Source: Macrostomum hystrix
Taxonomy: Eukaryota; Animalia; Platyhelminthes
Length of the DNA: 64,000 nt
NCBI GenBank assembly: GCA_950097015.1
Contig: CATNEN010000039.1
Coordinates: forward strand, 7,688,001 to 7,752,000
Direction of reading: 5' to 3'
Shown here: in pieces, positions 49,759-62,265 of the stretch
Numbering within the stretch: position 1 is the stretch's first letter
Layout of the letters: each line of letters opens with the position of its first letter
Notes under the pieces: model-generated
The model's database searches: none
What the model was told of the DNA's origin: nothing
Seen by the model: only the letters and a program-made list of their open reading frames with translations
Translations under genes and position numbers: made by a program

Positions 49759-50639
49759 GGTGTCCAAAAATGTTCTGACTTGTCTTTAGAACAATGCCTT
49801 CTGGTTAGACTATCCAGCTTTAATATCTTGAAAAGTGTTGCTCGGCGTGGTCTCATGCTGTTTATAGTCTGAAAAAATGATTGCGCTTCATTGTGTTTCT
49901 GTTCCTTTCGCATATTGTTTTTCATCGATTGTCATAAATTTCGTCGCTCCCATGAGTTTTGTCTACTTTTAGTGATATATATATAAGCTATTATTGCTTT
50001 CCTCTTGAACATTCATTTGTTGCGGGGAAGGGCCTTTGTAGGGTCCCCTTTGATCTGAAATTGATTTTTCGCGAAAATTCAGCTTCTAAATTAAGGAAAA
50101 CACTGCGATGCAGTTTTTTTCAGCTAGCCAAATCAGCGGTGAAAGCAGCGTTTTTCCTTTGATGTCGGAGCAGCGCAATGCTTGACTCTTTGTCTTGAGC
50201 TGAATTGATTTGAGACAATTGAATTCTTGAAAGATTTGTAGCTAATTGGTTGCTGTGTTTATATTTAAATGTATTTGCTGTGCCGTCAGCATTTTCACCG
50301 AGCTACGATTTCAGAGTGAGGGACGAGGTAGATGTAGGCAGAGCTTTTACTTCGTTCCGTTAACAAGGACGGTTTTGCATATGATGAAATATGCTCAAGC
50401 ACTAGACTGCCTGGATTAAAATCCTTCCATTTTTCGAAATTTGGGATTTCGTAAACTTGGGTTTATGGAAATAAAGCTCTACAGAGGATTGATTTTGTGT
50501 CACACCATCAGAATGATTGGTTTAATAGTTGGTTTTGAAGTCTCCGCGTGCTCTTGGCCTATAAATATAGGCAAGAAAAAACGATGTCATAATTACTGTC
50601 AAGACGCAGATGGTCTTGTCCATAGACAATATATAGATA

Positions 50640-53600
50640 TGTCTATGGTTTCGAGGGCTGAAACGGCAAAATTCGCGGGCCATAATAATTTCATTTCGGC
50701 CCGCTCCAGATGCAGGGCTAGGCAGGTTTAGGCAGACAAAATTCCCGGGCCCGCTGCGAGGCTGAGTACAAATTGGGTGTGTGGGCGAAGCCATACGAGT
50801 AGACAAGTTTTTCGAGAATCTGAATCCTGTTATCTGAGCTCTTTCAGTTCTGATTTTCATTCTCATTTAACAATCATTCAAGTCTTTGCAGTTCTTCTGC
50901 TCGCTTTGCAAGCCAACATGCTAAATTTAGCAAGAATTGCCGAGGGAGAAATCGCCAGGCTCGAACGGCAGGAATATGAGTTCGTCTCTCGGCTGTCGAT
51001 GAGCCCAGATGCGCCTGGCGTAATCAACCAATACACTGGAGTTTCACTGGAGGACAGTGAATTTCTGGATAAATTTTTGACTGAGCTAGACTCCGAGGAG
51101 GTCACTAGCATGGACACAACACTGGTGGAGCTGGATCAAGCTGATTTGGCCTTGATTTAAAAGGTGGAGGAGGACTCCAAATCTGCCGCAACCGTGGCCC
51201 AGACGAAACTGCACGTTTCTTGCCTGAAATATTTTCTTCGGGGGAGAAATCTACCGGATGAAATCGAAACAATGCCGCTGCGGTATGTGGATAGTTTTTT
51301 GCGACTGTGGTATGTGAACCTCAAGATTGTTGATCAAGATGGCGAGCGCTATTACGCTCCCGAAACGTTGCGCTGTTTTCGAGCGAGTATTCATCGCTAC
51401 CTTCGGGATGTTCGTGGAACAAACTTGATCGGAGATGACGTAGTAAGATCGCCGTAGTACACCATTTTACCATCAATTTTGAACAACGAAAACTTCAATA
51501 GTGACAAACTCCGATTCAAATTCGACAGTTAGCGGCAAGGCACGTCAAAGCTACATTCAATTTTGACACAGTCAACTTCAATTTTGAAAAGGTCCGATTT
51601 AGCCCATGCGCGAGCCAAATCCTCACTCCTCAAGTTGTCTAAAACTCTGATTCAATTTTGACACAGCGAACGACAAAAGTTACACTCTATGGTAAATTCT
51701 CCTGAATATCCGCTTCAATTTTATCAACTCCACTTCAATATAGACAGTCTACGTCCAATCTTGACGGACTTTTCATGACTATACAGTACATGAACCATCG
51801 GGAGCTTTTGCCATAAACGAAATGGTCTTGTCCAGGGTAAAAGCTAGATGAGAGCCTTCTCTTCTCCGTGTCACTCTAGTTTAATCCGCCACCTTGACTC
51901 GCTTCCGTTCCGTCCTTATTTTTATACTCCATAACTTAGAAAATTTAAATGATCGACGAGGACGTGGAATCGTTTCTGGAAGAAGAAGGTTCGGAGTCAA
52001 CCGACGATCCGATTGACGAAGAGCAGCAGCCGGAACAAAGAAGAAACCAGTCAGTTTCTGTTCAGGACCGACAGCGCCTAATTACAGCTCATGAGAACGG
52101 AGAGGACTTCGTACACCTTGCGATCCAACTGGGGATAAAGAGGACCACTGCTTATGCCATTGTTCGGACCGGCAGAGCTGAGAAGAAAGCAAAGGGAGGT
52201 GCGAAGCATTCAAAGTGGGACAACGAAATGCAACGCTTTCTGTGCGCAATCGTCCAGCACAACCCAGTCTACAACCCATTCTTGACACCGGTAGAGAACG
52301 CCATCTCTTGCTGGAAGGCAGCTCTGAAGCAGCGTTTGGCTAGGATCCAAGCTGACTTCATCCAGCCCACAGCAGAGCAGCTCGCAGGGCGGACACTGGT
52401 GGCCTACAGACGTGACATCCTGTTCCGTGAAGTGGACTACACAGTCAATAGCGTCTCGGCCGAGAAGTGCGCGCACTGGTTCAACCTGTGCTATTCGTAC
52501 GTTGCACGCTGCCTGGCCTCAGAGCCGGTTGAGAGCTAGAGGCAATGAGGGACTTAATGACCTAAAAAGACGTGTTCGGACCCGTTCTACGTTAAATAAA
52601 TGTTAACTGGTGTTTTTTTAATGAAGGCTTTACGTGAGGAAATGGGACGAATATATCCAACACTCCACCATTTACGCTCCACCGACCACCTTTCTGTCTT
52701 ACCAGTCCGTCGAAATTGGACGTAGACTGTCTATATTGAAGTGGAGTTGATAAAATTGAAGCGGATATTCAGGAGAATTTACCATAGAGTGTAACTTTTG
52801 TCGTTCGCTGTGTCAAAATTGAATCAGAGTTTTAGACAACTTGAGGAGTGAGGATTTGGCTCGCGCATGGGCTAAATCGGACCTTTTCAAAATTGAAGTT
52901 GACTGTGTCAAAATTGAATGTAGCTTTGACGTGCCTTGCCGCTAACTGTCGAATTTGAATCGGAGTTTGTCACTATTGAAGTTTTCGTTGTTCAAAATTG
53001 AGGGTAAAATGGTGTAATCAAACGTACAACGGCATGCTGCGTTTGAGCTGCAAGCATCGCAAGCGGATAATTGGCGACAGCTTTGGGTATCGGGCTATCA
53101 CCGCTAGCGATATGGACAAGCTGTGCGGGTACTTTGATAAAAGTAATCCGCAGAAGCTTCAAGACGAGATCTTCTTTTTGGTTATGTACCACTTTGGCTT
53201 CCGTGGCAGAGAGTCGATCCGAGCTCTGAAGAAGTCAGACCTGATTGTCTCGTCAGAGAACGTCGTCAAGTGTATCGATCTGGTCAAGGATGGAGCTGAG
53301 AAAACCATCAACGAGAGGGATTGGACGGACGGCAAACAGATTCGTCTTTTCGCAACCGACGATGCCCGATGCCCTGTTGCAGCCGTGGAGACGTACCTAT
53401 CTCAGGTTCCGCAGCAGGTCAGTGTGCTTTTTCCGAAACCTCTCATGATCAAACCTGGATCAGAAAATTGGTACTCCTCAACCTGCGTTCTTGGCAAGAA
53501 CATGATAAACGAGATGATGAAGAAAATTTCTGAGCGTGCCGGACTGAGCCGAGTCTACACCAACCATTGCGTCAGAACTACGACCTTGACGAACCTGGCT

Positions 53601-54139
53601 GAAGCTGGTCATTCCGTGAAAGAAATCAAGGCTGTTACAGGTCAGTAGCGCGCTAAATATGAAAAAATGTATCGTCTTTCACATAACTTAAGATCCTAGA
53701 TTTATTCTCCCGCTTATTTGTAGGCCATCGCCGCGATTAATCCGTCGGCCGGTACACAAAACGCATTTCTGAGAAGAGGAAGATCCAGGTGTCTCGCAGT
53801 CTTGTACTATAAACGGCAGGTTTGTACCACGAGACTACAACGTCAAAGGTGCTTGCAATCGAACGCCGTGAATCAGAGACCAACGAGTCTGGTCCGTCGC
53901 GCAACCCAATCGCAACTTTGGAGAAGGATAGTGCTAAAATTAGCTTGTTCTTGTGACTGTATGAAAGCGGTGAATAGCTATAAGAGTATAAGCAGTGGAC
54001 GAATTGCTTAGTGTGTCCTTGGTAGTAATATTAATGACAAAACCTACGTTCAATCGATCTATAGTTTATCAATGGTTAAATGTGTTAAATATACGTTACA
54101 TATCCGTTTAATTTTCTAGCACAAATTCGGCCATAGACT
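50640..54139 (+). mobile_element. Crypton-type tyrosine-recombinase DNA transposon, inactivated
   Basis: Pieces at 50918-51457, 53016-53640 and 53724-53812 give YAPETLRCFRASIHRYL, FGFRGRE (catalytic R), CPV, YTNHCVR (HxxR) and, across an 83-nt GT..AG intron (53641-53723), TGHRRD*SVGRY (H and Y). In-frame stops and a Tc1 insertion are present. Ends are inferred from GTCTATGG/CCATAGAC. Confidence 0.82.
51460..53014 (+). mobile_element. Tc1/IS630-superfamily element with about 310-bp TIRs inserted in the Crypton recombinase; internally deleted transposase ORF 51949-52539
   Basis: TA|CACCATTTTACC...GGTAAAATGGTG|TA; HTH fused directly to YNPFLTPVE, with the DD region missing. Confidence 0.92.
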
Positions 54140-54171
54140 ACGAATTCCGGGGCAGCACACTGACGATTATA

Positions 54172-54891
54172 CCTTTTAACAGTGTTGTTGGGCATAAGTG
54201 AAATTTATCAAGTCCAAGTGCTCCTACCACTGAGCGAAGTGAGTTTGATTTAGTCGCTTCAATTAGCTTGCAGCCAATAGACGGTGAATTCAATATAGTC
54301 GTTTTTAGCGCGCGCAACGAGATCGTGACTTTTATTTAGTCAAAGTGAAATGAATACGGTCAACGAGATCGTAAACTTTCATGAAAGGCGCAAAAACACA
54401 TAAGATGTGTAAGATGTTCACGCTCGCATTCTGGAGCGTGAACTGGAAGACTGTATGAGCGCAGTTACACAGCTGCACTGCGAAGCCTGGCACCGAGAAA
54501 GTCTGCGCTATGTACCGCGCTGCATAGCCATGGAGGACATCGTTGCCTAATTGAACACTGAACAGTTTTGTTTGCCTGACGGTCACTAGTTGTGTGCTGC
54601 CATTGCATCTTACACCTTACATCTTACACCTTACATCTTACATCTTACATCTTACACATCTTATGTGTTTTTGCGCCTTTCATGAAAGTTTACGATCTCG
54701 TTGACCGTATTCATTTCACTTTGACTAAATAAAAGTCACGATCTCGTTGCGCGCGCTAAAAACGACTATATTGAATTCACCGTCTATGGCTGCAAGCTAA
54801 TTGAAGCGACTAAATCAAACTTACTTCGCTCAGTGGTAGGAGCACTTGGACTAGATAAATTTCACTTATGCCCAACAACACTGTTAAAAGG
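54172..54891. mobile_element. MITE / foldback element with about 240-bp TIRs
   Basis: TATA|CCTTTTAACAGTG...CACTGTTAAAAGG|TATA; near-perfect arms and a non-coding spacer with ACATCTT repeats. Confidence 0.88.
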
Positions 54892-56264
54892 TATATTTCC
54901 ATGATATTGCCCGCTATATCTAGACACAATAGACGTTTATCCCCCACTTGACCCGGCCATATAGCTTAGGAAGACGACGTTGTCGCGGCCGTTGTAGTGT
55001 TGATTAAAGTGTTGCTTTATTAGTTGTTTGACCGTGGCATCGCCTTCGTTGGTCGGCTCTGTCTGCGTGGACATGATTTCATTTGCCGGTTGCTCACTTC
55101 TGTACCGCGGCTGTGTAGAGCAGAATTTGTCGCCTTGAGCTTCGTTGGAGATGCCCATGGCCGTCAGGTTGAGCCTTGCTTGTAGCGACTAAGCTAAGCC
55201 AGCAATTGTTTGTGAGCTAGAAGGGTATAACCTGCCCTCTACTAGGGCGAGTGGCCTTGATATTTTTGTCGATCGAAAGTTGCGACCACAGATCCTACAC
55301 CAGCTAAGGATCTTTGGTTTGCATATTCTTCTTAGACACAGCTTTTTTCAACCGAGTGAAACAATCGTGCAGCACAACCGACATTCTGTGTGGGATCGAT
55401 TATAATTAAAACTCGACCAATTTTTTGCATTGAGTTGACACATTTAGTGTTTTTGTGATCCGTAGTTTTGACTCAATCTCGCGATGAGACCTTTGGCGCG
55501 CGCAGTTTACATAGTAGAATGTGCATTCTTAACGACTTTCTATGCATTTTTCTGTATAGAGCATAGATTTCCATAGATTGTCTATGGTCCGATCGCCTTC
55601 ACGCAATGTGTCCTTGGTTAAAATGACCTTGAATGCGTGGATGCGGCATTAAGAAATTTCGAATGCACTTTTATATTTAGTCGGTAAATTTAAGGGCCAC
55701 ACCTCACAGTATATAAACGTAAGGCGTTGACTTCACTTTTCCAGTTAAGGCTAAAGTCACCATGACTTAGGCCATGACTTAGGCCTTGGCACAGTTATCT
55801 CTGGTCGGTATTGGCATTTTGAAGTTTCTAACAGACTGCATTAGATATTGGCTTTAGTTTCACAAAGTACTGTTTGGGCTCTCGGCTCCGATAATGACGT
55901 ACCTTATCAGTGTGGGTTTTTCGAGTATAGAGCTATTTTTATTTAACATTTTGCGTACCCAATTCACAAGTTTAGACTGTGTTAAACTGCTGCTGTGTTA
56001 AAATGGGACGAAGATATATTCAAACAATTGCACAATCGCACTTAACTTTACCTTTTCGTCTATTTTCTCTGGTAACCAATGGCTACTGGTAACAAACTCT
56101 TGTACCGCGGCGCTTATCAAAACAGATTTTTTTCTTCCAACGACACCTTTTCTAAGTTTATTTCAGAACTTTGGTTGTGCAGACTGCTACGTCAACATAA
56201 CTTAAACTTTTGCTTCAGTAGAGAAATAAACATTTTAGGATTATAAATTAATTCATCTTGGCAT

Positions 56265-56996
56265 AATTGCAGAGTGACGTGATCGCATGGTGACGTAATC
56301 GCATGGTGACATGATTGCATGGTGACATGATTGCATGGTGACATGATCGCATTGTGACATGATTGCATGGTGACATGATTGCATGGTGACATGATTGCAT
56401 GGTGACATGATCGCATTGTGACATGATTGCATGGTGACATGATTGCATGGTAACATGATTGCATGGTGACATGATTGCATGGTGACATGATTGCATGGTG
56501 ACATGATTGCATGGTGACATGATTGCATGGTGACATGATTGCATGGTGACATGATCGCATTGTGACATGATTGCATGGTGACATGATTGCATGGTGACAT
56601 GATTGCATGGTAACATGATTGCATGGTAACATGATTGCATGGTGACATGATTGCATGGTGACATGATCGCATTGTGACATGATTGCATGGTGACATGATC
56701 GCATTGTGACATGATTGCATGGTGACATGATTGCATGGTGACATGATTGCATGGTGACATGATTGCATGGTGACATGATCGCATGGTGACATGATTGCAT
56801 GGTGACATGATTGCATGGTGACATGATTGCATGGTGACATGATCGCATTGTGACATGATTGCATGGTGACATGATTGCATGGTAACATGATTGCATGGTG
56901 ACATGATTGCATGGTGACATGATCGCATGGTGACATGATTGCATGGTGACATGATTGCATGGTGACATGATTGCATGGTGACATGATCGCATGGTA
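56265..56996. repeat. 16-bp minisatellite (CATGGTGACATGATTG), about 45 copies
   Basis: Directly visible. Confidence 0.97.
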
Positions 56997-57431
56997 GCGA
57001 CCAAGGACTATTAGTCCTTGCTAGCGACATCACAGGAGTCGCGAGACACGCAGAGACCCAGACAAGCATTTTCATATAGTTTCAAATGTCTCACATAAGA
57101 TAAAAGGCGACCGCCATTCGTGCAAATTTATCGAATTGCATGATCACACAACTAGCAAAGCTAAGCGGTGCAGCTACTGTTCAACTCGCAGACGAAACTA
57201 ATGCAGCACTATTTTCTCACCATAAATTTCAGCTAAATTGCTTTTAGAAGCATTTTCTATAGCTTACCAGCTTACAAGTGTAACACTTACAATCAGGACT
57301 ATGAGAGAAAAAAACTGGGGAGCTCAGCTAACCACGTGACATGGTAAGAGACTTGATGCTCAGCACGGAATCGAACCGATCGCGCCGTAGCTTGAGATTC
57401 TTTAACACAAAATCTAAGTTTTTTGCGCCGT

Positions 57432-58730
57432 TGCTAAAACCGCAGCAACAATCCTAGCTAGAATCGCAGCAACAATCCTAGTTAGAATCGCAGCAACAAT
57501 CCTAGCTAGAATCGCAGCAACAATCCTAGCTAGAATCGCAGCAACAATCCTAGCTAGAATCGCAGCAACAATCCTAGCTAGAATCGCAGCAACAATCCTA
57601 GCTAGAATCGCAGCAACAATCCTAGCTAGAATCGCAGCAACAATCCTAGCTAGAATCGCAGCAAAATATGCAGCTAGAATCGCAGCAAAATATGCAGCTA
57701 GAATCGCAGCAAAATATGCAGCTAGAATCGCAGCAACAATCCTAGCTAGAATCGCAGCAACAATCCTAGCTAGAATCGCAGCAACAATCCTAGCTAGAAT
57801 CGCAGCAACAATCCTAGCTAGAATCGCAGCAACAATCCTAGCTAGAATCGCAGCAACAATCCTAGCTAGAATCGCAGCAACAATCCTAGCTAGAATCGCA
57901 GCAAAATATGCAGCTAGAATCGCAGCAAAATATGCAGCTAGAATCGCAGCAAGATTCGCAGCTAGAATCGCAGCAAAATATGCAGCTAGAATCGCAGCAA
58001 GATTCGCAGCTAGAATCACAGCAAAATATGCAGCTAGAATCGCAGCAAAATATGCAGCTAGAATCGCAGCAAAATATGCAGCTAGAATCGCAGCAACAAT
58101 CCTAGCTAGAATCGCAGCAACAATCCTAGCTAGAATCGCAGCAACAATCCTAGCTAGAATCGCAGCAACAATCCTAGCTAGAATCGCAGCAAAATATGCA
58201 GCTAGAATCGCAGCAAAATATGCAGCTAGAATCGCAGCAAGATTCGCAGCTAGAATCACAGCAAAATATGCAGCTAGAATCGCAGCAAAATATGCAGCTA
58301 GAATCGCAGCAAAATATGCAGCTAGAATCGCAGCAAGATATGCAGCTAGAATCGCAGTAAAATATGCAGCTAGAATCGCAGCAAAATATACGCAGCTAGA
58401 ATCGCAGCAAGATTCGCAGCTAGAATCGCAGCAAAATATACGCAGCTAGAATCGCAGCAAGATTCGCAGCTAGAATCGCAGTAAAATATGCAGCTAGAAT
58501 CGCAGCAAGATTCGCAGCTAGAATCGCAGTAAAATATGCAGCTAGAATCGCAGCAAGATATGCAGCTAGAATCGCAGTAAAATATGCAGCTAGAATCGCA
58601 GCAAAATATACGCAGCTAGAATCGCAGCAAGATTCGCAGCTAGAATCGCAGTAAAATATGCAGCTAGAATCGCAGCAAGATTCGCAGCTAGAATCGCAGT
58701 AAAATATGCAGCTAGAATCGCAGCAAAATG
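57432..58730. repeat. 24-bp minisatellite GCTAGAATCGCAGCAA + (CAATCCTA / AATATGCA / GATTCGCA)
   Basis: Directly visible; the variants occur in blocks. Confidence 0.97.
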
Positions 58731-59442
58731 CATGCAGTGTAGCTGCTAGATACTTCGAAGTATTTTGGCATAGACAGTGTTAAGCACACAGCACATGCTA
58801 CATTGCACATGTTTCCTAAAATTCTGTCTGATCATCGGGCTGAACTTGATTTGTCCCCGGCGCAAATAAGAACATCTGCAGGCCTGAGAAGCTCTGACAG
58901 CATCTACGCATTAAATTACTGCGTCACGGCACGCAACTAGAACCAAGTCTACTGTCGAACAATTATTTATTTTATTTAAAAGTCCACATTTTTATCTTCG
59001 AACCGAGTTGAACTCGCCTAAAAAAGTTCGAGTACACCTAAACTGTACAGGTAATAGCCAGGGACAACTAAAACTAATCGGGCGAACGTTTTAACGATAC
59101 TAGGTCGCGATACTAAGCAACAATAGACTTGTCCCCTGTAAAAGCGTTAACCTTTAAGCAAAAAAGAGAGCGCTATATAGATAAGGCTAGCTGGTTGGTT
59201 TAGGTAAGCTCAGGTAAGTTGCCTTATTGCATGGATCTGTACATAGGTGCCAGGCGTCAGCATTAGTAAATATGCTAACAGGTAGACGCAGATATATAAA
59301 CTCGCTATCTTAACCGAACTTACTAGCTACACAGATAAGCTACTTAGCATAAAAAAGGTGAGAGAATCACGTGAAAAAAACTATTTTCTTTCTAGATTAG
59401 CGCCCAGGGCGAGACTTTGAAGTTAGAAGAAGAAAATTTCAA

Positions 59443-59443
59443 T

Positions 59444-59481
<38 letters not shown>

Positions 59482-59631
59482 CAGCATCAACATCAGCAGC
59501 AGCATCAGCATCAACATCAGCAGCAGCATCAGCATCAACATCAGCAGCAGCAGCAGCATCAGCATCAACATCAGCAGCAGCATCAGCATCAACATCAGCA
59601 GCAGCATCAGCATCAGCAGCAGCAGTAGCAA
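59443..59631. repeat. CAG/CAT/CAA compound microsatellite
   Basis: Directly visible. Confidence 0.95.
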
Positions 59632-60385
59632 CGATGCCAATCTCTAATCAAGTATTGCCAATGGTGAGTATATCCGATCTCACATAAAACTGATGCAAAT
59701 GTGAAGGTAGTGAATTTCTGTTCAATATTGCAAGCCAAATAGACAAGCTTTCCATACTACATTTCCTCACATTGTCATATAGTCAAGCCTAGATTAATGC
59801 TAGTCGTAATGGCTGCACTACACCACGCTTACTTACCCAAGACATTGGAATCAAAATGGTGTTAACAGTAACTTTCAACGGAAAATGATGCAAATGTTGC
59901 GTAACGTCACCTTGAGAACATTCAGACACATTAAGAGTTTTCAGAACTGTTTGTCCATTACACATTAGCACTTACCCCTGTGAGTCACGTCTAAAACTGG
60001 AATGTGCACCCGTCAAAATGGCAATTGGCGTACATTCGCTGCTGAACCCAGAACATCCACTTGTGCGTTTTGCAAAACACTCGAACTGGGATCGACCACT
60101 TGCGCTTGCTCACTGGTTGACGGCATGGCCAGATTGTCACTCACAGCGGATACAACGGTCCGGTCGCGCTTCCTGGACAGAGAGCGACGGACGGTGGACT
60201 CGACCATCTGGTCGCGAGTGGACCGCGGTAAGGATTCCAGCTCAACGACATTCATCGCACTTGACAAGTCAGCGATTTCCTGCAACTCATCTGTTGCCGC
60301 ACCGTCCACACCCAACTCAGACGATGTAAGGAAGTCGATGAATTCGGTCGGCGATCATAGTCAATGGCCTTATTGTTGTGTATGC

Positions 60386-61939
60386 TATAACAGGAAAGTT
60401 TTGCCTTCCTGTTACCTTCTGCCACAGCAACAGAGAGATAAACGCTCCACGGGCCAGAGGCCCGTTTCTGTGTGGACTCCGGAGTCACATGAAAAGCGGC
60501 AGCCAAGCTCTGCCTCTCGCTTCCAGTGTATTTAAATTCAAGCAGCGCGCACAACAGAGGCAGAATGGGGAGAGAGGGAGAAACGCTGGGAGATTGCTAA
60601 CACAGTGGCAGCTGTTTCTTTGTCCCACACGCACACGCTCCCCAGCGAACGCTCGCCGAACTTCTTCCTCACATTCCTGGGCCGTATCGATCCACGGACG
60701 ACTCGTCGTGTACGCGAATCATGTGAGCCATGCAAATACAATGTTCTGAAGCGTATTTGCAAGGCTTACATATACCCCCGTTTTTCTAACTGACACTCCT
60801 GTCAGTGCTTTGGCAGTCTGGATCGCGTTCTTCTTGAATTGCCCTGATGATGACGTTGTCTCGGGGTGACACGACGCGTAGTTCCGTACCAGCCAGTTCG
60901 CTTGCCGAAAATTTGAGGGAGATAAAATTCTAGTCAGCAGCTTCTGTTCAGTTTAGGCCGAGTTTTCATCCAAGTTGCTTCAGATGAGCCGTGCGATCCC
61001 GATTTGGTCTTCTTATTGCAGCAATTGTCCTGGCCTGCACCCACTGTCCACAGCCTCTTCGGACTTGCTGGGTTGCAGCTCAGGCTTCTCTTCGAGCATT
61101 TGCAGTCGAATTGGTTAATCGGTGAAGCTCACCTGCTTCACGTAGGGCATGTCTTTTGTGCATGCAAATTTAGTGTCAGTGAGTAACTATAGCTCGTAGG
61201 CCAAAACACGATTAGAGCCACTGCGACCGCTTTTGTTTTCCATTGTCACATGCTGCCGTAGTCTGACCAAATCCAAAACTAGTAGAGCATTTGAGGTTAA
61301 CTTGCAGTTTTTTGTCCAGGTTGATGGTCGTGAATTGTAGATAGTTACTGCCAGTACTGAATTGTAGATAGTTACTGATCAGTTGCTGGTACGTTGACTG
61401 CGTCGCATAGCTTTTTCTGCTGATGTTACGTTCGTTCTGTTCGTTTCTCTCTGAAGCCGTTGCAGGAATCTGGTGTCTAGCGGTGTAGGAACCTTTAGGC
61501 AATCACCCGTCGTTGAAAAAGGCGAAAAGGGTGACTCTCTCTCAGGGAACCACGTATAACAGGAAAGTTTTGCCTTCCTGTTACCTTCTGCCACAGCAAC
61601 AGAGAGATAAACGCTCCACGGGCCAGAGGCCCGTTTCTGTGTGGACTCCGGAGTCACATGAAAAGCGGCAGCCAAGCTCTGCCTCTCGCTTCCAGTGTAT
61701 TTAAATTCAAGCAGCGCGCACAACAGAGGCAGAATGGGGAGAGAGGGAGAAACGCTGGGAGATTGCTAACACAGTGGCAGCTGTTTCTTTGTCCCACACG
61801 CACACGCTCCCCAGCGAACGCTCGCCGAACTTCTTCCTCACATTCCTGGGCCGTATCGATCCACGGACGACTCGTCGTGTACGCGAATCATGTGAGCCAT
61901 GCAAATACAATGTTCTGAAGCGTATTTGCAAGGCTTACA
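60386..61939 (-). mobile_element. Non-autonomous miniature LTR retrotransposon (TRIM-like), 1554 bp
   Basis: Apparently identical 385-bp direct repeats (60386-60770, 61555-61939), 5-bp TSD TATGC, PBS TGGTTCCCTGA (tRNA-Glu complement, minus, ending about 61552), PPT AAAAACGGGGG, and a 784-bp interior with no long ORF. Confidence 0.9.
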
Positions 61940-62265
61940 TATGCGGCTAGCATGCCGCCTAGAGTGCAAGCGCACGTGGCGCGTTGTGATTGGCTGGGGG
62001 GTTTACTGTCTGCCCCAGACCGGTCTAGGCCGGGGTGGGGGGTTGGTTGTTGCCGTAGCTCAATTAGTTCACCATAGTTCACCGGAAAAGTTTATTTCAG
62101 ATGTGGAATTTCACGAAAACTGGTCATTTAGTTTGTGAGCTATCGTGAAATATGCCGTGGTCTTTCCCCAAGCTAAAAATAGCGTTGTCTTTCTTCTGTT
62201 AATGCATTCCTTGGTCAACACAACGATCGAAATTTGAGCTCAGCTACCAATTTTACTTTAATCAG

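Noticed and set aside
50918-53812. Bacterial/phage integrase contamination or a domesticated KCTD1/ZMYM-type gene
   Set aside because: Has a spliceosomal intron, a eukaryotic Tc1 insertion and stops, and lacks host domains.
54937-55158. 73-aa minus-strand ORF
   Set aside because: No recognisable motif or convincing splice structure.
59789-60360. Another Crypton-like deletion remnant on the minus strand
   Set aside because: Only vague resemblance (ST..Q, ESTVRR..VS..L), with no catalytic motifs or termini.
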